Source: Thelocarpon superellum (Eukaryota). From it: 41,373 nt of DNA. The stretch is from assembly GCA_026025795.1 (NCBI GenBank), contig JAPEUG010000121.1, forward strand, positions 1-41,373. The letters run 5' to 3'. Each line of letters opens with the position of its first letter. Positions within the stretch are counted from its first letter, which is position 1. Positions 1 through 12,400 of the stretch are shown piece by piece. Below the pieces are notes generated by a model. The model was not told the DNA's origin and did no database searches. It saw only the letters and a list, made by a program, of their open reading frames with translations. Both the position numbers and the translations under genes were made by a program.

Positions 1-1261
1 GGCGCTGGCTTCGTCGGCCTCGCCATTGTGCAGGCACTACGCCAGAAACACCCAGCTTGCAAGACGTCTGTGCTGGACCTGCGGGCGCCAGACGAGGCGC
101 ACCGCGTGGCCGGGGTCGACTACATCCAGGCGGACATTACGTCGGCAACCGAGACGCGGAGAGCACTGACGCAAATCCAGCCCCAGCTGGTCATTCATAC
201 CGCGGGCATGGTGCCGCAGTTCGCGGACCGATACGGACGGCAGAAGGAGGCGCAGCTATGGCGCGTCAATGTCGAGGGCACGCGGAACGTGCTCGCTGCC
301 TCGAAAGCGGCAGGCGTCAAGGCGCTCGTGTACACCAGCAGCATCGCGGTGCTGTTTGATGACTTGAGCCGGGACTTTCTCAATGTCGATGAGACCGTCC
401 CCGTCGCGGACCACTCGCTGGTCTATGGCGAGTCCAAGGTAGGATCACGCCACCGCCACCACCACCACCACCCTTTGGCCAGATAAAGGACCCCAGCTGA
501 CCATCGACAGGCAGCGGCCGAGAAGCTGGTGCTGGCCGCGTCCAGCCCGTCACTGCTCACCTGTGCTCTCCGACCATCCATGATCCTCGGCCCCGGCGAC
601 CCTTCCACCATCCCTCCCTTTCACGGCTGCATCGCGCGGGGCGAGACGCCGTGGGCGATTGGATCGGGCGACAATCTATGCGACTTTACGTACGTCGACA
701 ATGTGGCTGACGCGCACGTCTTGGCGGGCGAGAAGCTACTCTCCGCCCTCTCGTCTTCTTCCGATCACACCACCATCATTAACAGCAGCACCACCAGTGA
801 CACGGAATTTCCAGCAGGTGACGCAACCCACGTCAACCCGCTAGCAGGAGAAGCAATATACATCACAAACGGACAACCGATCGCCTTCCGAACCTTCTGT
901 CTCGCGATATGGGCTGAATTCGGACACGTGCCGGCTTTTCAAGTGCGGATTCCCGAGGGTCTCGCCAGCGTGCTCGGTCTCGTGAGCGAGTGGTGGACCT
1001 GGCTGACGCGCTCCTCGTCGGCCTTGAATCGAGGCAGCGTAAGAGATGCCTGCGCGACGCGCTACGCGGATATCTCCAAGGCGAGGCGCTTGCTGGGCTA
1101 TCAGCCGAGAGTGGATCTCGTGGACGGTGTGAGGCGGGCTTGTGAGGTCTGTTTTACCTCCCTTCTTCCTAAGTTGAAGCCTGCCGGATGCTGGGTGCTG
1201 ATGTGATGTGATCGATCAGGCTTACAAAGAGCAACTAGGACAGCAGGAGGAGGAGCCTTGA
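1..1261 (+). CDS. 3-beta-hydroxysteroid dehydrogenase / C-3 sterol dehydrogenase (ERG26-like extended SDR), 5' end lies outside the window
   Basis: The window opens in frame with the Rossmann motif GAGFVG. Also VIHTAG, VNVEGTRNVL and YTSS. The catalytic YxxxK (YGESK|AAAE) is completed across intron 439-510 (GTAGGA..CTGAC..CAG), followed by DFTYVDNVADAH and ARRLLGYQP. Exons <1-438, 511-1146, 1220-1261 (TGA). Confidence 0.85.
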
Positions 1262-1502
1262 CTTGATGAGAACACGCATGACGTGAGACGAGACCAGACA
1301 CATCGTAAATGTACCTGGGACTGGAATTGTAGCTGTAAGATACATTTGAAACAGAGGGAGAAGAGACACATCCACATTCACCTTCACATTCGCTATTCGT
1401 CTCATCTTCGTCACCATCACAATCAAGCGTCGCTGTCTCACTTCGCTCGCCCTTCCGTCCCCTTTCTTTTCCTTCCTTTCCAACCCTACTCCCACCGTCT
1501 CC

Positions 1503-2249
1503 TCACTGCTTCTTCTTACTGCTGCCATTGCCACCACGATGATTCGCACCGTGGCCGTTCCCCTTCTTGCCCTCCGTGGGGGATGCACTCCCCGACGCGG
1601 CCGCGGCCGCCTGCTGCGCCGCCTGACGATCCAGCTTCTGAATCTCCTGGCGCTCCTTGTGCTCTGCGTACCACTGGCCGGCTTGGAGAACGAGCACACC
1701 AACCAGCACGAGGGCCAAGATGGTATGACTAGCGCTCATGACGCGCAGGCTGTCCTCACGGCTCAGCGACTCGCCCGTGGCTCGCTGCGCAATCAGATCC
1801 TCCCCCTGCACCAGCTCCGTCCCGTATGCCTGCGTGCTCACGACCCGCATCCCCTTGACCACGTTCGTGATGTACACGACGATGGCCACCATGTACAACA
1901 CCAGGCTCGCCCCGTCAAAGAGCATGTTGGCCTCTGACGGCTTGTACAGTTTCGTGATGAACCCGAGCAGGCCCACGCCGATCATGATGTTCAGGAGCCG
2001 CGGGATGATCGGGGGCGACTGGTGAATAAAGGAAATGTGCTGCTCCAATTGGTCGTAGTATTCCGCCGTCGCTGCCACCGATGTCCAGAGGATCGGGTAG
2101 TCGTAGGGAAAGGCGGAGAAGAGCATCCCGAGGAAGAAGGACGTCGCTGTCGGCGGCACTCGTTAGTCATCACGTGAAGCCTTGGGGGGGAGAGACGTCG
2201 TACGACATAAGATGAGGAATGTGGAAAATGACCCGTTGCCTAATGCCAT
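1503..2249 (-). CDS. SHR3: ER membrane chaperone for amino-acid permeases, Shr3 family
   Basis: Exons 2249-2204 and 2146-1503; intron 2203-2147 (GTACGA..ACTAAC..CAG). The spliced N-terminus is MALGNGSFSTFLILCPTSFFLG..FPYDYPILW. Also KPSEANMLFDGASLVLY and LVLVGVLVLQAGQWYAE, four hydrophobic segments, and a C-terminal KKKQ dilysine ER-retrieval signal. Confidence 0.9.
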
Positions 2250-3208
2250 GGCGTGGACGGGGACGCCTATTGGGCGTTGATGATGGATGATGGGTGATGG
2301 GAGGTGCGGGACGGAGAACAAGTCGACGGTCGCGCGCGCGACGGGTGATGCGAAGCTTCGAGCAGTAGCGTCGAAGGATGAGCTTGGACCGGGCCTGACG
2401 CGAGCGCTGATGCGATGGATCGTGACCGGCTGGACGGCACGGGACGAAGCCGGGTGGAGCTTGATGGAAGCGGGCTCGAGCGGGAGATCGATCGCAGAGG
2501 TACTTGTACGAGATGTTTCCACACACGAGTAGCTGTGCTGTCTCGTATCGGCCCGATCCGTGCCTGCGGGTAGTGATGCGATGGGAGCGTTGCGCTCTGG
2601 GGATGACACGCGCGACGGACCTGGTCAGATCCAATGAGCCGAGCCAAATCAACGGCCCTCCTGTGGCCACCCTTGAATACGAACTTGATTGCGAGATGGC
2701 GCAGTACAAGATATTGCGAAGGCCAATCTGTCGGCTGGCTACGAATGGCAGGAGTTGATACGAGCTGTCTACCATCGACTCCCTCGTGCTCGGGATCAAT
2801 GCAGCTTGCATCTTTTCTGTCCGTTACGCTTATTAGCCGGGCCACACGCGACACCACTCCTAGCAAATCCGTCCTCTCTAATGATCGCTCTCGTCGCTTG
2901 TCGCTTGTCGCCCGCTTACCAACAAGTCCCCAGGGAGAAGGATCGATGAACAGCAAAAAGGCAACTGGAGCCAGTGAAGGACAGCGTGACTCGATTGACG
3001 ACTTTCATTAGGCTACCCTTTCCAAATCGCTATCGCCACCGCCATTTAGTCGTACAGCTCATTCGTATCTTCCGAAGCATCAACGCCACGTATTTCTCCA
3101 CCATTTTCGCCATCCGATCGTCCGCCATTGACCATCTTTGAGGGACCTGCCTACGGCAACATGGATGATGGCGCTCTCGAACGATTCCACCCATGGGTCT
3201 CGGTCGGA

Positions 3209-5651
3209 TCATCGCTCGTATCGTGGTAAATTTTCCCGAGGCGCAAAAGGCTCGCCGGTCACGTAGGAATGAAAGAGGTCACGCTCCGCGTCTTGCATCA
3301 GCAGCGGAGCCGGCGGGGCAGAGGCTGTCGGTGCGGTCACCTGCACAGCCTCTCGGCCGTCTTCTTCGGGAGCGGGTCCATCATGAGGAGTGCTGGCCTC
3401 GGTCTGAAGCCGCCGACGTTCGAGCTCTTGCTTATCCTCCGACGCTGCTCCCTGAGCCTCGGTCACCTCGGATGCATGGCTAGCGTGAGTGTGCGTGGCC
3501 CCGGAATCGTCAGTCGGCGCGGTGGGCTCAGGATCCCCGAGAATGGTCCACGCGCCAACATCGCCTGGTTCTTCGTTGATCTCCGAGAGTGGTGGGGCTG
3601 ACGGCCCATGGGTCGCCGGAGACAGGCCCGTCGCATTGAGAAGTCCCGGCGGGGCACTGGGAAGTAGTCGTTCCTCCGCCTGACGAAGGATCGTCTTCTC
3701 ATCCACGCTCTCACTCACGACCACGTCAGGTGGTGGAGCGTCGGCTGTGCCGGGACCGACGCGAGCGTGGCCGACCTGGTCCAGGATGCGCGGGTCGACA
3801 TGGTCACCCTCTGACATGTGCTTCCCTCGATCGTGGGCGGGGCAGTATTCTCTGGCTTCGCATGATTCCCCTTCCGCCTGATGCGAGGGCACGCCGAGGG
3901 ATGCCGCGGGGGGGGCCACACCCCGAGCCTCGTGGCGGCGACCCCGACTGCTGTCCATCGTTCCCACGACGACTTCAAAGAGACACGAGACCACGCTGTT
4001 TTCCCGTCGGATCCGGTCGGTATCGACGATGCCCCCACCTAGCTCCGCAAAGATCTTTTCCGCTCCGAGATCGCCGTTGCCCAGCGACCGGCCGTGTGCT
4101 TGCGGGGGCGTCGCCATGTTGATGACCCCGAGATCGACAAACGCACTCTGTGACCCGGCCAGTTTGCCATTCAGATCGATGATGATCTCGATGAAATACT
4201 TGAAGCTGATGATGGCGCCTGGGACGCAGGAGATGGTGGGAAATGCATCGTCCGGCACCCGCACGGACGCCTTGATCTCCGCCGTCAACGAATGGGGATC
4301 GATGATGAGCGGGGCAAAGGCCTGGGACAGATCCTTGCGGAAGAGGCTGCTAGAGCCCGCCGAGGACAGTGACAGCCCTCCGAGACCCGTCCGACTCCGG
4401 GGGTAGTACTCCTCCACCGGCGCCTTGCCCGTCGATGCCTGGTCGCCCGTGACTTTGGCCAGGCTCGCGGGGTGAGAGTCAACGCGGCCTTGACGATAGA
4501 GCGTGACGATGATGCCGTGTAGGCTCTTGACCGGCTTGGTGTGCTGCACGCGGATCTTCAGGGGCAAGGTGTCACCGCGTAAGCAACCGCCACGCATCAC
4601 CTCCACCGTCGCCGTGATGGTCCGGTCCGCCAGCGACGCGGCCGCACTCGGAGGATTGGTCCGACCGCTCGGCCGAGCGTTGGCCAGTCTCGATCCAACT
4701 CGCGCACTTCCGGTACTGCCGCTGGCGACGCTCGTGCCGCTGATCTCGCTCGGGGCGGGGCTCTGGGGAGACTCGCTGCGCTCATCGGAAAGCCGTGAGT
4801 GCCTCCCATCGGCCGCATGGGACGTCGTCGCCGGCGCCGGCGACGTCCCGCTGGCGCTGGCCGGCCCGCTGGCCGACCCGTTCCGCACCGCCTCTACCGC
4901 GGCGCGCGCATCCGCGCTCTTGACCTTGGATCGACGACGAATCGGCTCGAGCACGATGCGTCGCGAACGGGATTGCTGGAGGAAGGCGACGTCGATCGTC
5001 TCAACGAGACGTACTTTTCGATGGCACGTCGACGTGGGAGCGATGGTCGTCGGTCGCGTCAGCGTGGACGAGAGGGCGTACGAGACGGTCCCCCGCTCGA
5101 ACTACCAGAGACGGCGTAAGTAAGGCGACAATGCCGAGCGGAAGATAGCTCGCACGCCCATTACTTACGTCGATGCTGCTGGGCAATTTCTTGCTGGGGA
5201 AGTCGAGCTCAAAGTGGAACTCGTAGACGCCCGCCTCCAACCGTCCCTCGCCGCACAGGACGACCTCGTCGTGGAAGAGTGAGGCAAAGCCATTGCCAAA
5301 GGACTCGGTCGCCCGCTTCGTCCGGTTCGCGCCGTAGGGACCATCGCCGGCCAGGGCATTGTCGGAGATGCCGGGCCGGAGCACGCGCACGTAGCCGCAC
5401 AATCCGACGACTAGGTGGCTGATGCGTAGCGGCTTCGCCACCGTCAGCACCACGGCGCCGCGCACGAGCTCGCCGGGGGCGTAGAGGCGATGGGGCTCCT
5501 CGGGCCGGATGAAATATTCCGACACCGTCCTGGCCTTGGGCACGAAGGGCGCGGTGAAGCGAGACAGCAGGCGTCGGCCCTTGGCAGCCGCTTGCGACGT
5601 CGGCTGGGACGTGGCATCGGAGGCGACGTTGGCCCTGGCATCGGCCGCCAT
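3209..5651 (-). CDS. palF: Arrestin-like pH-response regulator PalF/Rim8
   Basis: Exons 5651-5169 and 5101-3209; intron 5168-5102 (GTAAGT..TAG) restores LPSSID|FERGTVSY. Arrestin-N (EPHRLYAPGELVRGAVVL) and arrestin-C (GGCLRGDTLPLKI, EEYYPRSRTGLGGLSLS, FRKDLSQ) motifs. Acidic tail with PSAPP motifs, EDKQELERRRL and terminal LPRYER. Confidence 0.9.
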
Positions 5652-8620
5652 GGCAGGAAGCCGCCGGGAAGGCCCACAAAGGCACGGCGCCGGCACGGTG
5701 CATGCGCAGCCTCGTGGTCGCGCGGTGGTCTCGGGCTTGGTGTTGCGGATCGATCGTGGCCACACTGCAATGACTTCGCCCCGTCGCAGATTCGCCGGGT
5801 CGCCGGGCTGACCTCACCGCGTTCGCTCACGCCCTTATCTGCCCCGAGCCGGTCCAACGCAGAGTCGCGGGGGTTAACGGCAGGTAGCGACACCGGCGCC
5901 CCGTGCGAGCACTCGACCTCGTCACCTCGGCCTCGACGATCGCATCGCTGCATCTATCTTCCGTTCGAACGCAAGCGAAAGCAGAAGATTTGCCCTGTCA
6001 GACATCTGGCGCAGCCAGGCGCTCTCTAGTAGAGAATCGAGCTGGACGAGTCCCAGATCGGCAGGGCGCCGCGAATCCTTCCCAGTTGAAGCGTGGCTCT
6101 GGTGCACGACGAACCGACCCTCTACAACAAGTAGTACTTGTAAGCGGTACGAAATACGTTCATCCGGCGTCTGACATGAATCGTACGGTCGGGGACGCGA
6201 TCAGTCTACGGCTGCTTGACCGGTGCAATCTCTCGGTGAAGGTCGTCTGGGTGACAGTGTGACCCTCGGACACCATAACTGTGCCGTATGACCGCGTCTG
6301 GATGATGTCGAATGGCCCTGACTTCGAATAACTCCGTGGTTCAAAGTTCATGAGCGCATGGATAAAGGACGTGACTTCGCCTGCTGGGTCGCCATGCGCC
6401 CGGACGCCTCTCGCCGGCTAGCGGCACTGACAATAGCTGATTCGGCCATATGAGATGCCTTGCGGCGACAAGCTTCGAGCTCAGATGCCGACCTAGCATC
6501 TACGTAGCTGGCCCTGGTGGCACGTTGTGCGGATCCACTGCGCCGTGGAAAGAATCATTTCCACCACCTCATCAAGTCCCTTTGGCGAGTCGGCCGAGGG
6601 AGGGGCTGCAGACACTTCACAGGCAGGCAAGGGAGAAGTGCGTGCTTCGGCCGGCGAAGTCTAGGAGAGCCGGCTGCTTACAGTAGGAGGTCTTTCCTCC
6701 GGCCAAATCAACGACAGATGCTGGTGTCCATCTGCTGGGGACAAAGACTTGTTGTTAGAGCACCTTGAAACTCTCCAACTCAAATGGACCCGTAATTTCG
6801 CCGCAAGAGGAACACGACAAGGCTGTCGTACCTCCTACTCGATCTGCACCTATACTCTAGGGCCTGAGAGGGCACAAATGGGTGGTCGTTTCAGGTGCCA
6901 GCACAGCTGGCGTAGCTGCAGGACGTTCGCCATGCCCGACTCCTGCTCGGCTCCAATCGGGGCCAGCTACATCGCGATGCTCGAGCGCTCACTACTGTGC
7001 TCGAGACGCAGCCAATGAATGGAGCGAGGACATGGCCGTGCGTCCCGGCCGCCCCGCATCCCATGATTGGAGCCAGATGAGCAGATGGGGACAATGTCAA
7101 CACCGCCATCCATGGCCCATGCCCCCCGCTCCGGCGAGATGCGGCGGGCAAGAGCAGAGAGCTCGATGTCGGAAGACTAGGCCGAGCGGGCCGTGTAGAG
7201 ACCTCTACTCCAAGTCCGGCGAGGCCTGACGGGCGTTGGTGGGAAGGACCAATGACTTGCTAGGAGCCGTGCGCGAGACGCGCTCACAGACCGTCGGCCC
7301 AAATCAGCGCCATCCAACCAACGAAGACGCTTTCGGATGTAGGCAGCGCATCGCGGGCGGATGGTGAGGGTGTAGGCAAGCCGAAAGATGGCAGACCAGT
7401 CATCCACGGGCTCGACGCGCGCAGCCCCCGTAAATTGACCCTAATGCAGCAATTAGGGGCCATTTCACCTGCGGGCGCGCGGCACGACCGTCCATTCCGA
7501 GCGAGGGCGCGCATTCTCTGGTCCTCGAGCCATCCTGGCCCGGCCAAAGCGCGCGCGCTCTGCTCGGCGCCCCGAGCCCAGCAGGCGACAGCGAACCAGA
7601 GGCCGGAAGAAAGGGACCAAATTAAAATGAAGCCATGCCAGGAATTGGTTGTTAAGGGCCAGGTGCAATTACTCGAACCAGCAGCCCCAGATGGTCGTGA
7701 AGGCGCGCGGTCACTGGTAAACAAGGGATGCAGGCCTCCGCGGCTGCGGCCAGCCCGTCCACGAGAGAGATAAAGGGCATGACCGTGGCCACCCTCGAAC
7801 CTCCCCTCCTCCTAGATCATCACGTCCATCGCTCTCGCCCTGGTGTCCCACGTCTGTTTACGGTCTGCCGGGTCTGAGGGGATTTCCTTTCGTGTGCCTC
7901 GTGGACGTGAGCACCAGCGAGCAGCGCCTCCACCGCACGGCTTCTTCGGTAGCGGAGCGAGACCCCGCCCCTCCAATCAGCGCCCGGATCGCCTCTTGGC
8001 CGCCCACCCGTGGCACTGCACCCGAAGCCTGCTGAAGGCCTCGCAGGCGTTCGACCGCGGCCGGTCATCACGGTGGTCCGACATCAGGCTGGCCCTGGGA
8101 CGCAGTGGAGCGTGTCGCGCGAACCCAGCTGGACAGTTCCACCACTGAGGAGCCCTCCCGGTCGACGGCCCCTCCGCCCATCTCGCATCGCCGAGACACT
8201 CCTCACCCCTACGCGCCGCGTGGTCTAACCCACAACAAGCAAGGCTGGGCCGCGGTATCTCGCATCGGTCCCTCGCTGCCCTATCGACGCTCGCTCGCTT
8301 GCCCCCCGCGACCAATTTTATCGCGGATGCGTTGAAGCCGCCGACTTGCCCGCCCGCCCACCGCCAGACTTGGTCGACTTTGTCCGGCTGCGGCTGCTAC
8401 TCCAGCTACTGCAGTGTTGCCTACCCCAGAGGTTAGTGCCCCCATTCACCCATTCACCCATTACGCGCCCGATCGGAAGGGCAAGGGACACGTGCTAAAT
8501 GGTGCTAGACAAGCGGGCTTGTCGCCGTCCAGTCCCCCGGTCCCCCCCATCGGGCACAGGTGTCGCTGGACGAGGTCAGTCGACCAGGCCTGGTAAGCTG
8601 AGATCCCCTCCACGCATGCC

Positions 8621-8646
<26 letters not shown>
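8621..8646 (+). repeat. (CA)13 microsatellite
   Basis: Perfect CA run read directly, just upstream of a TATA-like box. Confidence 0.95.
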
Positions 8647-8651
<5 letters not shown>

Positions 8652-8691
8652 GCACCCACCCTCGCACCCGCCCACCCCTTGGCGCGGCCAT

Positions 8692-8697
8692 TATATA
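8692..8697 (+). promoter_or_regulatory. Putative TATA box of the gene starting at 8813
   Basis: TATATA in otherwise GC-rich sequence, followed by a pyrimidine-rich tract about 120 nt upstream of the ATG. Confidence 0.5.
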
Positions 8698-8812
8698 TCC
8701 TTCGCCGTCGCGGATGTGCTGACCTCTCCTTCCACCGCCAGTGCTTCTTGCTCTGCGGCGTCGCCGGCTGCCTGTCTACCAGGTCGCCTGCTCCCAGGAG
8801 CTTCGTGACATC

Positions 8813-9454
8813 ATGCCGTCCGTCAAGCCGACGTTGCATCCGTTGAGGACGCCCATGTCGGCGACCTTCCCGTTGTCCTCTTTTCCTTCCGAGCTCCCAC
8901 GAAGCCCGTTACCAGGCAGCGCGACGGAGCTATTGAAGCAAGAGGATGGCATCAAGACCCCCATCACCCCGCCCACGGCCTACACGGACTTCCTCAAGTC
9001 TCTGTCGACCACCTCCCTCTGCAGCCCGACGGTGGAGGAGAAGTCGGGCAAGTCGTCGCCGACGTCGAATCCCTCGAGCGACACCAGCGGATGCTCGTGT
9101 AATTGCGAGCCACGCCACTCTCCCAAGTTCACGCTTCCGCCCTCACCCCACCCTAGACAGCCTCACTCGGCCCCGGCCACGGGCCCCCTCCGCCGCCTCC
9201 GTATCCCCCAGTCTCCCTTGTGGTCTCCCGGCGCCGACTCACCCGTCAGCGCGCGATCCATCCGCTCGCCCTTCAGCATCCGATCACCTAATGAGTGGGA
9301 CATGGACGGCAAACTTCGCGCCTTCGATGCCCTCGCACCTCCGCGTTCGACGCGACCGGTCAGCGTGCGCCAGGTCGTCACTCGCACCGTCACCTACACT
9401 CCTCGCATGGACCTGGCGCCGGCGCCCAAGGGCAAGAAGCGACGGACGGAGTGA
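8813..9454 (+). CDS. Uncharacterised Ser/Pro-rich protein, probably nuclear
   Basis: Intronless ORF from ATG 8813 (MPSVKPTLHPL). Contains the blocks PITPPTAYTDFLK and VRQVVTRTVTY, which I recall from conserved Pezizomycotina hypothetical proteins. Ends in basic PAPKGKKRR; coding-like codon usage. Confidence 0.8.
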   Translation: MPSVKPTLHPLRTPMSATFPLSSFPSELPRSPLPGSATELLKQEDGIKTPITPPTAYTDFLKSLSTTSLCSPTVEEKSGKSSPTSNPSSDTSGCSCNCEPRHSPKFTLPPSPHPRQPHSAPATGPLRRLRIPQSPLWSPGADSPVSARSIRSPFSIRSPNEWDMDGKLRAFDALAPPRSTRPVSVRQVVTRTVTYTPRMDLAPAPKGKKRRTE

Positions 9455-12400
9455 GAGGGCGCAGCCACTCACCCCGGGCCTCTCCACCCGCACGATCCCC
9501 CCACGCCCTGGCAAGACCTCCCTCCCTTGCCCGACCATGATGGCGGTGACTCCTTGACGTCCGCTCGCAGGCGACGTTGGTGGGGAACGCGATGGTGGCA
9601 CTTGGCTTATTGTATTTGCCCTTGGGAATACGACATGACGATATCGGTGACGGAGGAGTACGGGAATTTTCTTGGGAGGAAACTACTTGGCCTCTCGACG
9701 ACCTTGGGTGCCATCATTAGGGCGGCCTTCCGCCGTCAGCACCCGAAGGGCGTTGCGCATCTTTACAATTCCACCTACTTATTGCCCATGCGACCTGCTG
9801 CACGTACCACCAGGCGGAAGCGTGCACCGTGAGGACGATGTATAGCCGAGGCCATGCGACGCTGGCATGTAGGTACCCCGTACCCCATCTGCCACCACAC
9901 CATCCCGCTCACGTCGACACCGTTGGTCGTCTCGGAGCGCACTCGTCCTCGTACTCGTTCGGCGAGCGATGACAGCTGAGCTGGATCTCGGTCAGCGAGG
10001 CTGGGTGCGGGTGCGGGACTGCGTGTGCGTGTGCGTATTCCCTCGCGTGTGGGTATGGACGCAGCCGCGAGGGAGGGGTGGTGACCAGGGAGCTAGGCAA
10101 CGCAAGCAAAAGGCACGGAGCGGACCATGGCTCGACGTGCATCCTGCGTCATGCTAGTGCAGCAAACCTGGGTGAAGCCTGGCGCGCGCGGGCCCGTTGG
10201 TTGTCCGTCTGCCTGCCTGTCTGTCTCTGTGGCCGGTCCACCTGTCGGCTTACCCGACAGGTGCCGGAGCACCCCGCCCGGAAGAGACGGTATCGATAGG
10301 GCAGGCCTCCCGCGACCACACGCTCGACCAGACGAGACGACGGCGCCCGTTTGCTGGCGGAAAATACGAATCGTTCATCATCTCCGGTCAGTGGTAGTCG
10401 CGAAGTAGGTTTCGGTTGGTACCTGCCAGCGTACCGGTCGGAGGTGGTAAGGTGTGGTACTCGTCCGTCCTCAGGTCGATGACCGCGTCCCTATGACGAT
10501 AGCTACGCGCTACCGCTACCCTGGCCGTATCCCAGTCCGCCTGTCAAAGCAGCGAGAGGCTTGATTCCCACAACCCGGACACCTGCTTAACCGCCGAGCA
10601 CACCCCTGTCGCGCGCGGCGGCCAAAAATAGCCGGTCACCAATCACCGTGCCCATCGCGCCCCGTCGCTGGTCCCGCCAGCGGTGCGAAGCGCCCTGCCC
10701 ATGGGAGGCGAGGATCCTGGTGTGGCTCACGCACCGGCGTGATTGGTCCATTTAGCCTTCCTTTGTTTGTGGGCCTTGGGGGTGCATCGCATGGCACATG
10801 TCCCCCCATCCATCACTGGACGATGCTCCACTTGCTACATTCCCGCCTCTCGGACGTGGCCCAGCGATGGAGGATGGCTGTAGATCCACCAAACAGCCCG
10901 CTTCCGGCTTCTGACGCCCCCTTCCGGATGGCTTGCACCACTACAAGTGGTTAGGTGGCTGCCGTCTACGTTTGTCCTTTCTACGCCACGCGCCCACCTT
11001 CACCACGAAGCCCCACCGCCGCTGCGCGGCCAGTACCGCGACCGCCCCCACCGCGCCTGAGCAGAGAGGCGGGCGTACAAGAACGCTCCTCGTAGGCGTT
11101 GTGTGGCCGAGGCGGGCATGCTGGAGCGAGCAGCGGTTGCCATGTGCAGCCAGCTGTCAGCCAGGCCGGACGCCAATGGGGCAGGTGAGGTACGCAGCCA
11201 TGTCCGAGGACTCGTAGTCGTCCGGGAATCACTCTCGCCAATCACGATTACGCTGTTCACGAGAGACGAAAGAGTGGACTCGTGGGCCGGAACGGCGGAA
11301 ACGGGAGCACCAGCCGACCACGACCGGTCAGAAGGAGAGCGAGCCACGACGAAAAGCCCCCGAAGCCATGACCCAATCAGGCTCATCACAAGCTACTAAC
11401 GATGTGATGGAGGGCGTGGTCTCACTGGCTGGGGAAGGGTCAACGAACGAATGGGAGATGGTCCAGAGACCCGACCACACGGCCATTTGCGGGGAACGAC
11501 CGCGCGCCATTCTGGCGCTCCCGCTTGCTGGGACTCACGAGCGATCAGGATCTAAGATGATGGGAAACGCCACGTTCACGTCCGCGGCCACGGCCAAGGC
11601 CACGCACGCCCTCGATCATCGATCATCGATCATGCGTGACCCATCCTACCTCTCACCTCCCATCCGATCCCACTTCTCCGAATGGTGGGGAGGGAAGCTA
11701 ACCGCAACGACTGTGGTAGGTCCAATGGTGGGGTTGATGGCATGGCCTGGCCTGGCATGGGATGTGACGTCGGGTCATGTGCACCAGCGATCTTTTCCCA
11801 CCCGGCAAACACAGACGCCGACTTTCTGCCTGACGCCAGGATCGAGAGATGACGAGCAGAATTTTCCAAATACCTCGAGCCACCGAGGCGAGGCGCCCGC
11901 CAGTGACTTGGATTGTCACCCTCTCTCCATACCTCCATCCTCTTTGTCCCTGTTTAAGCCACTTTTGCATCGCCGATTGACATACCCACCCGTTTGCTTC
12001 GCCCCTCGGAGGAAGGGCGAGGTGATGAGCAAAGCAATTGGTCCAGTCCGGAAACGTGGAGTCAGAGGCTGAACCGGTCATCTGTCATCGTTTTGGGTTC
12101 GGTTGCGTTTGCAATCACGTCCCTTTGCTCGCCTGTCGGCTAGCTCCGCCTTCCTCACGGATCATTTACTCGATCTCACAGCTGTGATGGTCCGCGCCTT
12201 TTCTTTCTTTCTACAAGTAGTCCCATTCCTGGGCTGCTAAGCCTCCCTCCACGCACATGTTCTTCCGCGACGGATAGTACTGCTGTCCAGGTATTGGCTG
12301 GCACTCTAACCAACAGCCCGTGCACGCCATTACTCGAACCGTCACCACGACTGGATATGTAACCCAAGTAGGCTGTAAAAGCTCATGCAGTTGACGACTT

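Noticed and set aside
448..486. Poly-His C-terminus of the first ORF
   Set aside because: It is a (CAC)n run inside intron 439-510.
2170..3212. Overlapping ORFs between SHR3 and palF
   Set aside because: No motifs or coherent exon chain; consistent with the SHR3 promoter and palF 3' UTR.
5650..8800. PacC sites (GCCARG) upstream of palF at about 6014, 7534, 7637, 7658, 7995 and 8678
   Set aside because: Biologically plausible, but the count is close to chance expectation in GC-rich DNA, so it cannot be supported without conservation data.
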